Shown here piece after piece: positions 9,243 to 19,178 of a stretch of 64,000 nt of DNA (its first letter is position 1; each line of letters begins with the position of its first letter). The stretch lies in sequence record NC_042136.1. The stretch is one strand, 5' to 3'. Below the pieces are notes generated by a model. That model saw nothing but the letters and a program-made list of their open reading frames with translations, was not told the DNA's origin and made no database searches. The translations under genes and the position numbers were made by a program.

Positions 9243-10157
9243 ATGGCAACCGAAAACGATATTATCAGAGAATCTGATAACTCCCGCGTGCCTGCGCAGA
9301 TGGTCAGTATTCAGCCAATGGGTACAAACATCATGATCGCTAAGGCGTGTGACAAACCACTGAACATTCCACCTAACACCACCCTTAACGAACATCACGA
9401 AGTAGAAGCTACCAAATCACTCGGCATGAAAAACGGTGGTGACTTCCGTCTAGGTTACTTCGGTGTGGGGATCAAAGGTTATCAAATCGTAGGTAATCAC
9501 CCGGTAACACAAATCCCGGTAAACTACACGAACCAACACCAACCGTTTGACCAAAACTTGTTCTACTCGATTCCGATGTGCGCTCGTCCTTTGGATGACG
9601 ACTTGACGGAACAAGAACGTGAACCTTACCGTATGCGTACGGTTAAGATCATCGATGGTGTTCCTACCGCGTTCTACTGGTTACACACCGTAGGTAGTGA
9701 TGAATTCATTCCTAAGACCAAACGTGGTTATCGTAACCCATCAACCGGTAACGAAGTTCCTGAAGATTACGTGTATCGTCCAGAGTCCCTAAACCCGACT
9801 CCGATTGCGTTGAACTCTGACGGTACAGTTCCGCTATCTAACTCTTTCTTGATGTCTTCAGGTTTGTTAGATCTTTCTTTAACAGGTAGTCAGCTAGAAG
9901 AACTTCGTAACGTATGTCGTTTGCTGTTCGGTGATCCTAGCTTAGCGGCAGTCAGCGAATACCAGATCGTGTGGGGAATCGAATCCACTACCGAAGGTCA
10001 AGGTGCAGGTGGTACGACTTTCCGTTACAAAGAACTTATCTCAGCAGTTACTCAATACGTAGTATCAGAACGCCATGCGCGCGACGCCAACGCGAACGGT
10101 GAGATCGTATTGAAATTCGACCTAGGCGGAGCATACCCAATGCTCTTGGAAGAATGA
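9243..10157 (+). CDS. virion structural protein (phiKZ-like)
   Basis: 304 aa in the structural operon; AAGGA RBS; FRLGYFGVGIKG segment typical of a conserved jumbo-phage virion family (recall). Confidence 0.55.
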   Translation: MATENDIIRESDNSRVPAQMVSIQPMGTNIMIAKACDKPLNIPPNTTLNEHHEVEATKSLGMKNGGDFRLGYFGVGIKGYQIVGNHPVTQIPVNYTNQHQPFDQNLFYSIPMCARPLDDDLTEQEREPYRMRTVKIIDGVPTAFYWLHTVGSDEFIPKTKRGYRNPSTGNEVPEDYVYRPESLNPTPIALNSDGTVPLSNSFLMSSGLLDLSLTGSQLEELRNVCRLLFGDPSLAAVSEYQIVWGIESTTEGQGAGGTTFRYKELISAVTQYVVSERHARDANANGEIVLKFDLGGAYPMLLEE

Positions 10158-10753
10158 TTGTATTACCTTTAAGCGAAGGCTGGGTACGATCAATAGCGAT
10201 AGACCCATCTACTAAACGGATGGGTATATCGGTTATCGACATTAACTTAACGGAATGTGCGAAGTTTAAACTACAATGGGTGGAAACCATCCATGGTGAG
10301 AAACTGGAACATTACGGATCAGTTAACTATGATGACGACGGTGCGGTACAATCTCGTATCCACGGTCTCTCTAAGAGCTATCGCCAACTCTTAGAGTTCT
10401 TTAAACCAACGATAGCGGTGTGTGAGGATAACTTCTTAGGAGCGTCCCCAGATACCTTTAAACGGTTAATAGAAGCTGTGTCTCTCTTACGTATGGAAAC
10501 GGAATCCTACGGTGAAGGGTTGTACATGGTCAACGTTCCTCCTCGAGTTGCCAAAGAAACTGTTGGCGCTAACTTCAAAGGAACACAAAAAGAAGACGTG
10601 ACCAAAGGGATCAAGAAGTACGAGGCGATTGATCTTAACGGACACGACTTGGATGTACTCGATGAACACTCTATCGATGCTATAGCGATAAACTTAACGG
10701 TGTGTGAAAGAATCGCTAAAGATAGAGGAAAGTTCTATGAGTCAAAAAAATAA
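10154..10753 (+). CDS. ruvC: RuvC-like Holliday junction resolvase
   Basis: RNase H-fold catalytic motifs IAIDPS...MGISV, VCED and DEHSIDAIAI. Confidence 0.85.
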   Translation: MIVLPLSEGWVRSIAIDPSTKRMGISVIDINLTECAKFKLQWVETIHGEKLEHYGSVNYDDDGAVQSRIHGLSKSYRQLLEFFKPTIAVCEDNFLGASPDTFKRLIEAVSLLRMETESYGEGLYMVNVPPRVAKETVGANFKGTQKEDVTKGIKKYEAIDLNGHDLDVLDEHSIDAIAINLTVCERIAKDRGKFYESKK

Positions 10754-11102
10754 AGAACAACCTCAAACTTCCACTGAAGGCATCGTCCTAGGTAAATGGG
10801 GGACACGATTCCGTACGTTGTGTGGGATCGTCGCTGTACTTACTACTTGCTGGGTATCTTACTCTGGCATGAGTTCTATAGTAGCGTCTGTTAATGCTGG
10901 GAAAGGTTGGCCGAGTGACATGACTGTATTCCTTATTACGTTTGGCCCTGTGGCTATAGCGTGGCAATACATGAGTGTTAACAAACTGTTGTCCTTGTTA
11001 TTCAGTTCTAATGATCCAACCGCGATCAATCTTAAAGATCGTTTGCGTGGGTTCTTGGATCCGAATGCGAAACCGGAAGGGAAGACCACAGGTTCTTCTT
11101 AA
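10737..11102 (+). CDS. small two-TM membrane protein, holin candidate
   Basis: start moved to ATG 10737 (AGAGGA RBS); two hydrophobic helices and a charged C-terminus; converges on the spanin pair. Confidence 0.45.
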   Translation: MSQKNKEQPQTSTEGIVLGKWGTRFRTLCGIVAVLTTCWVSYSGMSSIVASVNAGKGWPSDMTVFLITFGPVAIAWQYMSVNKLLSLLFSSNDPTAINLKDRLRGFLDPNAKPEGKTTGSS

Positions 11103-11115
11103 TTAAAAAGTAATA

Positions 11116-11149
11116 AAACTCCCTACCTCCTTTCGGGGGTAGGGAGTTT
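11116..11149. terminator. hairpin between convergent genes
   Basis: AAACTCCCTACCTCC-tttc-GGGGGTAGGGAGTTT; nearly identical to the hairpin at 23896. Confidence 0.75.
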
Positions 11150-11165
11150 CTATGCAATTTGCGGA

Positions 11166-11663
11166 TTACTTGCTATCATCCGGGGGTTGTGCTTCTAAGA
11201 TAGCATAGATGCGATTTAGCGTTTTAATCAATTGGTTAACGGTGGTCTTGGCTCCGTGGAGCTGTTCATTCCCGTCATCCGCTCGGTTAGCTAATTCGAT
11301 CGAATAAATAACGGTGGTTAACAAGCAACTCTTAGGAACTGGGTCACCCTCACACTGATGAGAGTCCAAGAACACTTTAAGTGCTTCCAGTTCACTCGGT
11401 GGGAAGACAGGCGGATCTTCCTTTAGATACGGTGGAATGTCAACCACACTGCTTCTTAACGAACCAATGTTTGCCCGGATGACATCCATCTTTGCTATTT
11501 CTGTTTCAGCTTTAAGTTGAGCTGAGCCTTCTACAAAACTCGGTTGGTTACTACACCCCGTCATGAAATAAATCGCGACGAGAACCAAGATAGCGGTTAT
11601 CCCTAATTTACTTATCAGGAATCTCAGTATCCCCAACCAACGGAACAGGGTCAATAGGTACAC
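11166..11663 (-). CDS. putative o-spanin (lipoprotein)
   Basis: hydrophobic signal ending in a lipobox-like FMTG/C; Pro-rich segment (PPYLKEDPPVFPP); overlaps the 3' end of the i-spanin candidate; true start uncertain. Confidence 0.6.
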   Translation of the reverse strand: MYLLTLFRWLGILRFLISKLGITAILVLVAIYFMTGCSNQPSFVEGSAQLKAETEIAKMDVIRANIGSLRSSVVDIPPYLKEDPPVFPPSELEALKVFLDSHQCEGDPVPKSCLLTTVIYSIELANRADDGNEQLHGAKTTVNQLIKTLNRIYAILEAQPPDDSK

Positions 11664-11994
11664 TAGGTATTACTCCTTCCATTTCATTTTGATATTTTGA
11701 CATTAACTCATTGTACGTCTCATTTCGGTTCGTTCTTTTTTCTTGTAAGAACTGACTGAGAGCTAAGTTACTGGCACGGTTCTGGTTCACTAGGTCACGA
11801 GACTCTTTATTGAGCGCTTGAAGTGATTCCACCACTTGTTCCATGCGACCAATAGTTTCGTCGGACATTCCCTTAGAACGACCAGAAAAAACGTTAGCGG
11901 TACTTAATAAAACGATTACTATCAGTAACCCCACGACGGTACCGAATTGTACGGTACTCCATGCCATGTTTTTGTCACGATCAGGCATAATCAT
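11608..11994 (-). CDS. putative i-spanin
   Basis: single N-terminal TM helix followed by a coiled-coil region; immediately upstream of and overlapping a lipoprotein gene. Confidence 0.6.
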   Translation of the reverse strand: MIMPDRDKNMAWSTVQFGTVVGLLIVIVLLSTANVFSGRSKGMSDETIGRMEQVVESLQALNKESRDLVNQNRASNLALSQFLQEKRTNRNETYNELMSKYQNEMEGVIPSVPIDPVPLVGDTEIPDK

Positions 11995-13226
11995 AGATCC
12001 TTGAATATCGAATAGATTTTGAAGTGATAAGCTTCGACCAAAGTATGAGGATGAGACCAGTTCACTTTATCATGGTACAGATCACCCCCGTTATCGGGAC
12101 CCGTGGAATAATCCATCGGCACATCTAGTAAACGAACATCAAAATCTAACAGTCTACGTCCTGCTCCCTCGCGATGTCGGTACGTTGGGAAACGTCCGTC
12201 CGAAAACATCACTGGATGATGGAAACGATCTTCCGTTGCGAAAGTCGTTGGAAACGTATATTGTTCCAGTGGAGAAATGTCAACGCCGATATACGGGTTG
12301 GATAGCACCACTAAGAAACTATTAAAGTTAGTGAATAGTTCCTCGATGACCTTAGGGTTATCTAAGAGTCCAGCTTCGACAATACCGCTTTTACAATTAG
12401 CGATGTTGTCCAAGTCAATGTGCTTCGCTGATTGGATCAGTAAACGACCTAAGTCCAAAGCACGTAAATCTATACGGATAGTGTTATGTCCTGTTTTAGC
12501 CACCGCAGGAGCACCACAAATCAGTTTGCCTGCTACTACGAACCAAATGGTCTCATGTAAAACATCGCGATCTAGCGTGACGTATACGGCGTGTTTCTTG
12601 AGATCGATGTCCATGGACTCGGCTTTAAATGGAAGAGTCTCTACACTAGATATTCCTTTAAAGTCCAATGCACCGACGTGACCTTGATCATTTATCTGGA
12701 AATTCTTACCTGCACCTTCCAAATAAATGCCTTCTGGACGTCCGTGCGCTCGAACAAAATAACCGTTATAAGTAAACAACGTCGTTTGTACGAACAAAGG
12801 ATAATTAGGATTAGCGACCTCGATATGTTTTACCAAGATATCTTTCGCACCCACGGCGGTGACTTGGGGTTGTCGTCCTCCGGCGAGTTCCATGCGAGCT
12901 GGGAGTAGTTTGTATCCCATGAGTTGTAAGTCTTCAGCACGGACATAATAAAACTGTTCACCGATCTTCCCGGTGAAGGTTTTTAAAGGTACTTTTTCTT
13001 TGGTGTCTAACCAATCTTGAACTGAGCCTTTAAAGTCAATGGTTTCTGTGCGGTAATCCGACATATCAATCGTTGACTCTTTGAGTAAAAGCTTATCGTA
13101 AACCGTAATGAACAAAGCACGTGTCTTACTAACCACGTCACCGAGCTTGGCGTTTTCTATGTTCAACGGTTGCAGACCAGCCAAGTCTCCTTGGAAGGCC
13201 CCGATAGCTCGTCTGTAAAGATACAT
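11991..13226 (-). CDS. virion structural protein (phiKZ-like)
   Basis: 411 aa; AGGAG RBS; located in the structural block; resembles a conserved jumbo-phage virion family (recall). Confidence 0.5.
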   Translation of the reverse strand: MYLYRRAIGAFQGDLAGLQPLNIENAKLGDVVSKTRALFITVYDKLLLKESTIDMSDYRTETIDFKGSVQDWLDTKEKVPLKTFTGKIGEQFYYVRAEDLQLMGYKLLPARMELAGGRQPQVTAVGAKDILVKHIEVANPNYPLFVQTTLFTYNGYFVRAHGRPEGIYLEGAGKNFQINDQGHVGALDFKGISSVETLPFKAESMDIDLKKHAVYVTLDRDVLHETIWFVVAGKLICGAPAVAKTGHNTIRIDLRALDLGRLLIQSAKHIDLDNIANCKSGIVEAGLLDNPKVIEELFTNFNSFLVVLSNPYIGVDISPLEQYTFPTTFATEDRFHHPVMFSDGRFPTYRHREGAGRRLLDFDVRLLDVPMDYSTGPDNGGDLYHDKVNWSHPHTLVEAYHFKIYSIFKDL

Positions 13227-13304
13227 TATAGATTGTCTCCTAGGTGAATTCTATAGAATCGTATCGATACTTGGACGATTTGACACTAACATAAGGCCTT
13301 TGTT

Positions 13305-15743
13305 ATGAGTTACCTAAATTATCCTTGGAACCCCTTTGGGGACAATCCAGAATGTTTGGTACCGAACGAGTCTGTTACTGCTTTAGGTGACGAGCGTGAT
13401 CTATTGGTCCCTCGCTACGGCCCGTTCTTTGAGAAAGATTTCATTCTTAAAGATGCGCAAACGGGTGCCGTACTAAAGCCGGGACGAGACTTTGTATTCG
13501 TGTACCCATTCGTGGAGTTCATTAAGCAATACAGCCGTACCGTTTACGGCGGTTTAACGTTACTAAGTAGTGGTAAGAACCGACAGCTCACGATCGAGTC
13601 TTACAAAACACTTGGTGAACCGTTTACGATGTCTGACCAAGACTTCATCAATTTGTCTGCCAGCATCATCCACACCGATCGCATCGCGAACTGGAGTCAA
13701 GTCGTTAACCTTCCTATGGAAGGCTTCCCACCGGACCCGCACGCTCACGAACCTGATCTTACTTACAACTATCAAGCATTGATCGATGTTCTTACCCGAC
13801 TTGATCAGGGACAACGTGACGAGTTCAATAACCCTACCGTGGCGTCTGAACTCGTAGAACACATCAACAAAGCCTTTAAGTTAGCTCACCCTAGTGCTTC
13901 AGCGGAAGACTTTAACCTAGGTAAAGTGGCTAACTTTGCCCCGGCTACGGATGCTGACTTAGCGGGTAACTCCGATCAGTTATACTTAACCCTTGCTAAA
14001 GGTCGTAAACTAACGGAACAAATCCTAGATGACTTAGGATTAACTCCTGATACGGATCCCGTTGCACCGGGTGACACTGAAGATCTCGATGCCCCTATCA
14101 CGCTTAAAGAAGCCCTAGCGTTGTTCTTATCTAAAGAAGGACTCTTGGGGGAAGTGCATGTCGAAGGCAGTGCTGCTCAGCGTGAGGCTCGTTTAAACTT
14201 AGGTCTTAAGTCGGGTGCTGTGGCAGAAGTTGTACAAGCGTTAGGCACGTCTATTCGTGACGTGGTTTCTCAAAAGTTATTAACTGAAGAACTGGCTAAG
14301 AAAGTTCCTGAAACCCGTAAGATCAACGGTAAACCATTAACATCTGACATTACCATTGATTCAGACTCAGCAGGTACTTATCCTAAGAAATACATCGATG
14401 ATGAGCTGAATAAAAAGTTCGATAAAGCGAACGTCGTTCAAGCCACAGGTTCTGCGACAGATAAAGTCATCTCTCAAAAAGTGGTGACGGATGAGTTGAG
14501 CACCAAAGTCCCGAATAGTCGCAAGGTCAATGGTAAGCCGTTGACTTCGGATATTTCTTTAGGTCCAGCGGATGTCGGTACTTATTCTAAATCAGAGATC
14601 GATGCTAACGACAAAGCAATTCGTGATGCGGCGGTATTGAAAGCACAACTATCGGAGTCTACTGGTAATAACACCGAGATAGCAATGTCTCAAAAAGGTG
14701 TGACTAACGCTATCAATACTCGTGTGCCTAATGGTCGAAGAGTTAACGGTAAACCCCTATCGTCTGATATCACTCTTAATGCTGGTGACGTAGGTGCTTA
14801 CTCTAAATCAGAAGCAGACAATCGTTACAACAATTACATCTTGAAATCTCGTATGACGAACTCTACTGGGTCGTCAACAAATTACGTGATGACTCAAAAA
14901 GGTGTAACTGACCAGCTTAATGATAAAGTACCACGTTCTCGTAAGGTAAATGGTAAGGTCTTAACCTCAGACATCACTTTGAATGCATCTGACGTAGGGG
15001 CTTATACCAAAGCGGAAGTAGACGCTCGAGATAAGAACTACATTCCTAAGTCAGCAATGACGAATTACATGGGAACATCGACTAACCACGTCGTGACTCA
15101 AAAAGGGGTGTATGACGCCATCTTGGGTCGTGTACCTACTAACCGTACGGTGAACGGGAAAGCACTAACTGGTAACATCACGTTATCCGCAGGGGATGTG
15201 GGCGCTTACACTAAGTCCGAGGTAAATGCTCGAGATAATAATAAGCTCGATAAATCTAAACTCGTTCAAGGTGTTGGTCCTTATTCTGATAATATCATGT
15301 CGCAAAAAGCGGTGACAGACGAACTCTATAAACGAGTCCCTACGTCCCGTAAAGTGAACGGGAAAGCACTAACTGGTAACATCACACTGACCGCTTCCGA
15401 CATTGGTTTATCTAATGTAGAAAACAAAAAGTGGACGAAGATCAAAACTGGTACCGCTTCTTGGAACTTAGCAAACGGACGAGACGTATACCGTGGTGAG
15501 TTCTACACCGGGGTAATTAACGGCGGTCGTCGTTTTGATGAAGCTCGTTATAAACTGGTGTTAGAAACCGATAGTCGAGTAGAAAGTTCTAACCCGAATG
15601 CGTGTTGGTGGTCTTGTTGGCACCGTCTAGAGTTCCGTCAATACTGGAATAAAGGTAACCAACTATGGGGTCGTGTTTACTGTTCTGGTAACGCGATTAC
15701 CTCTGGTAAGGTTGACGGCTGGCAGCTTTGGGAATGGCGTTAA
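13305..15743 (+). CDS. tail fibre protein with six ~68-aa repeats
   Basis: N-terminal anchor shared with the downstream tail proteins; repeated VPxxRKVNGKxLTxxITL...SQKxVTD units; aromatic-rich C-terminal tip domain. Confidence 0.8.
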   Translation: MSYLNYPWNPFGDNPECLVPNESVTALGDERDLLVPRYGPFFEKDFILKDAQTGAVLKPGRDFVFVYPFVEFIKQYSRTVYGGLTLLSSGKNRQLTIESYKTLGEPFTMSDQDFINLSASIIHTDRIANWSQVVNLPMEGFPPDPHAHEPDLTYNYQALIDVLTRLDQGQRDEFNNPTVASELVEHINKAFKLAHPSASAEDFNLGKVANFAPATDADLAGNSDQLYLTLAKGRKLTEQILDDLGLTPDTDPVAPGDTEDLDAPITLKEALALFLSKEGLLGEVHVEGSAAQREARLNLGLKSGAVAEVVQALGTSIRDVVSQKLLTEELAKKVPETRKINGKPLTSDITIDSDSAGTYPKKYIDDELNKKFDKANVVQATGSATDKVISQKVVTDELSTKVPNSRKVNGKPLTSDISLGPADVGTYSKSEIDANDKAIRDAAVLKAQLSESTGNNTEIAMSQKGVTNAINTRVPNGRRVNGKPLSSDITLNAGDVGAYSKSEADNRYNNYILKSRMTNSTGSSTNYVMTQKGVTDQLNDKVPRSRKVNGKVLTSDITLNASDVGAYTKAEVDARDKNYIPKSAMTNYMGTSTNHVVTQKGVYDAILGRVPTNRTVNGKALTGNITLSAGDVGAYTKSEVNARDNNKLDKSKLVQGVGPYSDNIMSQKAVTDELYKRVPTSRKVNGKALTGNITLTASDIGLSNVENKKWTKIKTGTASWNLANGRDVYRGEFYTGVINGGRRFDEARYKLVLETDSRVESSNPNACWWSCWHRLEFRQYWNKGNQLWGRVYCSGNAITSGKVDGWQLWEWR
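14301..15420 (+). repeat. intragenic tail-fibre repeat array (period ~204 nt)
   Basis: five full units and one partial; exact 32-nt identity between 15150-15181 and 15354-15385. Confidence 0.9.
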
Positions 15744-15752
15744 TTTAAACTT

Positions 15753-15790
15753 ATTAAGTCTGGGGGTTCGAGAGAACCCCCGGGCTTAAT
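15753..15790 (+). terminator. GAGA-tetraloop hairpin after the tail fibre gene
   Basis: ATTAAGTCTGGGGGTTC-gaga-GAACCCCCGGGCTTAAT, followed by ATTTTATT. Confidence 0.7.
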
Positions 15791-15897
15791 ATTTTATTAC
15801 TCCCCTTAGGATTTTATGATATTGACCAAAGAGGTTACCCCATTATTCATTTCCTTCCACCTTACGGTGTGACAGGAACTACCCGTAAGGACAGATT

Positions 15898-18800
15898 ATG
15901 AATCTACCTGAAATTAAACAGTTCCGAGTAGACGTCTCCGGTAAGTCACCAGAGAACCTCGTCCCTCGTGAACGTATCCCAGCTAATGACGAACGCAGTG
16001 CGATCATCATCGTTCCCCGCCATGCGCCTTTCTTTATCTTATCTTTAAACGTGTATGCGGTCGGTAACCCCAACCCGTTGGTAAAAGGTGAAGATTACGA
16101 TTTTACCAGTATCGATGACGAACTGTCAGAGTTCGCTGGAGCACCAGTAGGTTGGACCATCCGTAAACTAAAACCTAATCTACCGGATTTAGAAATTACG
16201 TACCAAACCTTGGGTACGGTCCCTGCTTTAACTAAGACCACGAAGTCTTGGTATGAATCCGCTGCCATCGACCAACGACCAGTATGGTTCGACCAACTTA
16301 TCGATCGTCCTAGTCATTTCATTCCTAAGCTCCACGGACACGATCTCGAACAAGGTTTCTATTACTTCCAACGTTTGGTTCGTTTTTATGAAGAACGTTT
16401 AGAAACGTTGTTTGGGACTTCTGAAATGATCCCTTATCGTGATTGGTTCTTAGCTCAACTCAGTAACCTCGGGTCTTACATGATCCCGTTCCGTACGTTG
16501 TTGAACTATTACACTAATAAACACTACGCTCATGAGAACGACCCTCATCGTACTACATCTCGTAAGGTACCGGGACTAGACCTGATTGATCCGGTTAAGA
16601 CAGCTACCGTCAGCGAAGCTCTAGCGGGACACTCAGATAAACTCCGTACGTTATCAGCCCACGCTGCTGAGGTCATCGCGGATCAAGGTATTGTTGTAGA
16701 AGACCATGTGGTTCCTCAATTTAATCAATTGGAATTAGTAGGTGATACGGAATCATTACGAGTCGATCGCATCGCTACTGGGTTGGGTGATATTAAAGCA
16801 AGTTGTTGGATCGGTACCGATGGACAAGGTTATGGTTTAGCGGAGTTTTGGGATAAAGACGGTTCAGTCATCAATCGTATCTTTAACCCTAATCCATTGG
16901 ACTTGAATTCAAAGTTCGAACCGTGTCAATGGAAAAACACTCATCTCCCATTCCATTTAGAATCGATCGACGAACCTGTTACTCGTATGATTCCGGGTGG
17001 TAACGGGAAGTGTCATATCGTAGGGACTAAAGACCGTTGGTATTGTCGTGTGGCGGACTCTCATCGACCAGATGGTGTAGCTCGTGAAGTAGAACTTACC
17101 GTTTCAGGTGACTTCGCTAAAAACTGGAGTGAATACCAACTTACCATTATCGGTCAACATATTTGGTTAACTCGCACTACCGATTATAACACCACTCCCA
17201 CGTTGTTGTGGTACGTGGTTAAGTTAAATGAATCTAGTACGGCAGTGCTCAGTGAATACCAGATTGTCTACAAAACTATTAACGATGGAACGGCTCGTAG
17301 TGACTATGGTAAAATGGTGTTGTTCCCTCGTGGTTTCACCGGAGGTAAATATACTTCAGGTGATATCGTGCTATCCAAAGGGGTAGATGTCGTAGAAGAA
17401 CGTCAACGAGTGGTTTTATTACCTACGTTGGTTGACAACGAACTTCACGTCGAGTTCATGTTACCAGAAGTCTTCATGTACAACGGTATCGTCCGACGTT
17501 ACACTCACACCCATATGGCGAAGTGTGTCGTGGATCCCACCGGTCGTAAGATTACGTTGACATACACCGATCAACGTCCTCGTCCTTATGTTCAAACCGA
17601 TTTGCTATTCCGTCCTAATCCGGAAGCCAACACTTACTTTAATCAAATTGCTACCCAGTTCCCTACCACAATGGGGAATCTATCTGGTTCCGTGGTCATG
17701 ATGGATCGTGAAGGTTTCTTTGGTTTTGGTTACACTGATTATGAAGAATGTGGTACATACGGTTATTCGTTCATGCCAGAGCTTTATACAGTGACTAAAG
17801 AGGGGAGAGAATGGTACTTGGATGTCGGTACTCCTTGGGGGACTGATCGTCGAGGAACAGTACCGGTGAGTCCGGTGTTGCCACTTGATGTGAATCATCC
17901 AAATGGTGTTCAACCTTACTTCGGTGTCATGGGAGTATCGGAACAACAACCTCGCACTATGTTGGTAAAGGGTTGGAACAAAGAAGGACGCCGCGTGTGG
18001 TTTGTGAAAACGGACTTTGATGACGTTGATTCTCGTAGTGTGTTAGGTAATAAATACCACACTTCAGGTTACGGTGGTGAGATCACCATGGCGACGGACT
18101 TACATCCTGATGTTTGTGTCGGGACCTATTTAACTGTAGCCGGTAGCGATTTCTTCATGGCCGCACTAAACAGTAGTAATCCTGAACCTTACTTACCAAG
18201 TCTGAGCGCAGTCTCTACTAAAGGTAACATTGTTAAACATTGGTTAAAACCCACCACGGAGTTCTTAGCTAAGTTTAACGTGTCACCGGAAGACCATTGG
18301 ACGTTAGTAAGTGGTCACGCTCACGGATTCCCTGATTTGTTGTACGTTGATCGTATCAATGGTGTGGAACTCCGTACTACCGTGCACGTGTTCACTATGT
18401 CAGACGAAACCTATTGTCGTGTGGATGATTACCATAAACGTAAATCAGTAACGGTACTAGGTGATGAAGAACTTACGGTTCACGCCACTCAAATCGTACT
18501 ACACACCCTCCCGTATGGTATCCTAAACGATTTAGTGGACTTACCTGAACTCAGCCTACACTCCGGGTCTATTAACCTTTACCGAGATCCACAAGGTGAA
18601 TTAACCGTATTGTTGTGTCCTAAGACGCAAGCCGGCGACCTTTACGAACACGTTAATTTGAATACCGTATTAACTTTAAACCCGGATAATACGATCAAAA
18701 CCTTTATCAGTCCGGTGAATAAGAAAGAGCGTCAAAACTTCTATCTTACTGACGATTTAGGTTGGGTGTCGAGTTCGATGTCTCAACAACGTAAAGTAAA

Positions 18801-19140
18801 AGGGTTGGTTAACGTTGGGACTAAAATAGATGGTCTACCGGTTATCCCGGGTAGCGTAACTAAGGGTAAGTTAGGCGCATTCAATCCGATATTGGATACT
18901 CAACACATCACCTATTACCCGCCGAACATCATGTTAGGGGATCACCAACAACTCATTGCCTTAGATTGGTTGAGTTATGATTTCCGTTCTCATACTCCCG
19001 CGTCTGGTGAAATCACATACACTGTAGTGATGGAGATCGGTTATCAAGGTCCTTATTTGTGGGCGGTGAAAGGTAATGTGATTAACGATGGGATTGTGGT
19101 CGTTGATACGGTAACCTTAAACGGTAACGGTATTAAGTAA
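15898..19140 (+). CDS. tail/baseplate-associated protein (phiKZ gp131-like paralog family)
   Basis: 1080 aa; N-terminal domain alignable with the neighbouring tail genes (WFDQLIDRPSHFIPKLHGHD); beta-rich C-terminal region. Confidence 0.65.
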   Translation: MNLPEIKQFRVDVSGKSPENLVPRERIPANDERSAIIIVPRHAPFFILSLNVYAVGNPNPLVKGEDYDFTSIDDELSEFAGAPVGWTIRKLKPNLPDLEITYQTLGTVPALTKTTKSWYESAAIDQRPVWFDQLIDRPSHFIPKLHGHDLEQGFYYFQRLVRFYEERLETLFGTSEMIPYRDWFLAQLSNLGSYMIPFRTLLNYYTNKHYAHENDPHRTTSRKVPGLDLIDPVKTATVSEALAGHSDKLRTLSAHAAEVIADQGIVVEDHVVPQFNQLELVGDTESLRVDRIATGLGDIKASCWIGTDGQGYGLAEFWDKDGSVINRIFNPNPLDLNSKFEPCQWKNTHLPFHLESIDEPVTRMIPGGNGKCHIVGTKDRWYCRVADSHRPDGVAREVELTVSGDFAKNWSEYQLTIIGQHIWLTRTTDYNTTPTLLWYVVKLNESSTAVLSEYQIVYKTINDGTARSDYGKMVLFPRGFTGGKYTSGDIVLSKGVDVVEERQRVVLLPTLVDNELHVEFMLPEVFMYNGIVRRYTHTHMAKCVVDPTGRKITLTYTDQRPRPYVQTDLLFRPNPEANTYFNQIATQFPTTMGNLSGSVVMMDREGFFGFGYTDYEECGTYGYSFMPELYTVTKEGREWYLDVGTPWGTDRRGTVPVSPVLPLDVNHPNGVQPYFGVMGVSEQQPRTMLVKGWNKEGRRVWFVKTDFDDVDSRSVLGNKYHTSGYGGEITMATDLHPDVCVGTYLTVAGSDFFMAALNSSNPEPYLPSLSAVSTKGNIVKHWLKPTTEFLAKFNVSPEDHWTLVSGHAHGFPDLLYVDRINGVELRTTVHVFTMSDETYCRVDDYHKRKSVTVLGDEELTVHATQIVLHTLPYGILNDLVDLPELSLHSGSINLYRDPQGELTVLLCPKTQAGDLYEHVNLNTVLTLNPDNTIKTFISPVNKKERQNFYLTDDLGWVSSSMSQQRKVKGLVNVGTKIDGLPVIPGSVTKGKLGAFNPILDTQHITYYPPNIMLGDHQQLIALDWLSYDFRSHTPASGEITYTVVMEIGYQGPYLWAVKGNVINDGIVVVDTVTLNGNGIK

Positions 19141-19178
19141 TAACACGGGTGGGGAAACCCACCCTAACAGAGGTTTCT

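Noticed and set aside
14301-15420. Regularly spaced DNA repeats as a possible CRISPR array
   Set aside because: In-frame protein repeats of ~204 nt with synonymous divergence; no repeat-spacer structure and no cas genes
15420-15743. Tail fibre tip as a diversity-generating retroelement variable region
   Set aside because: No template repeat differing at adenines and no reverse transcriptase seen in the window
15822-15860. AGAGGTT start resembling a preQ1-I riboswitch
   Set aside because: No matching P1 3' arm or A-rich tail, and the downstream gene is a tail protein
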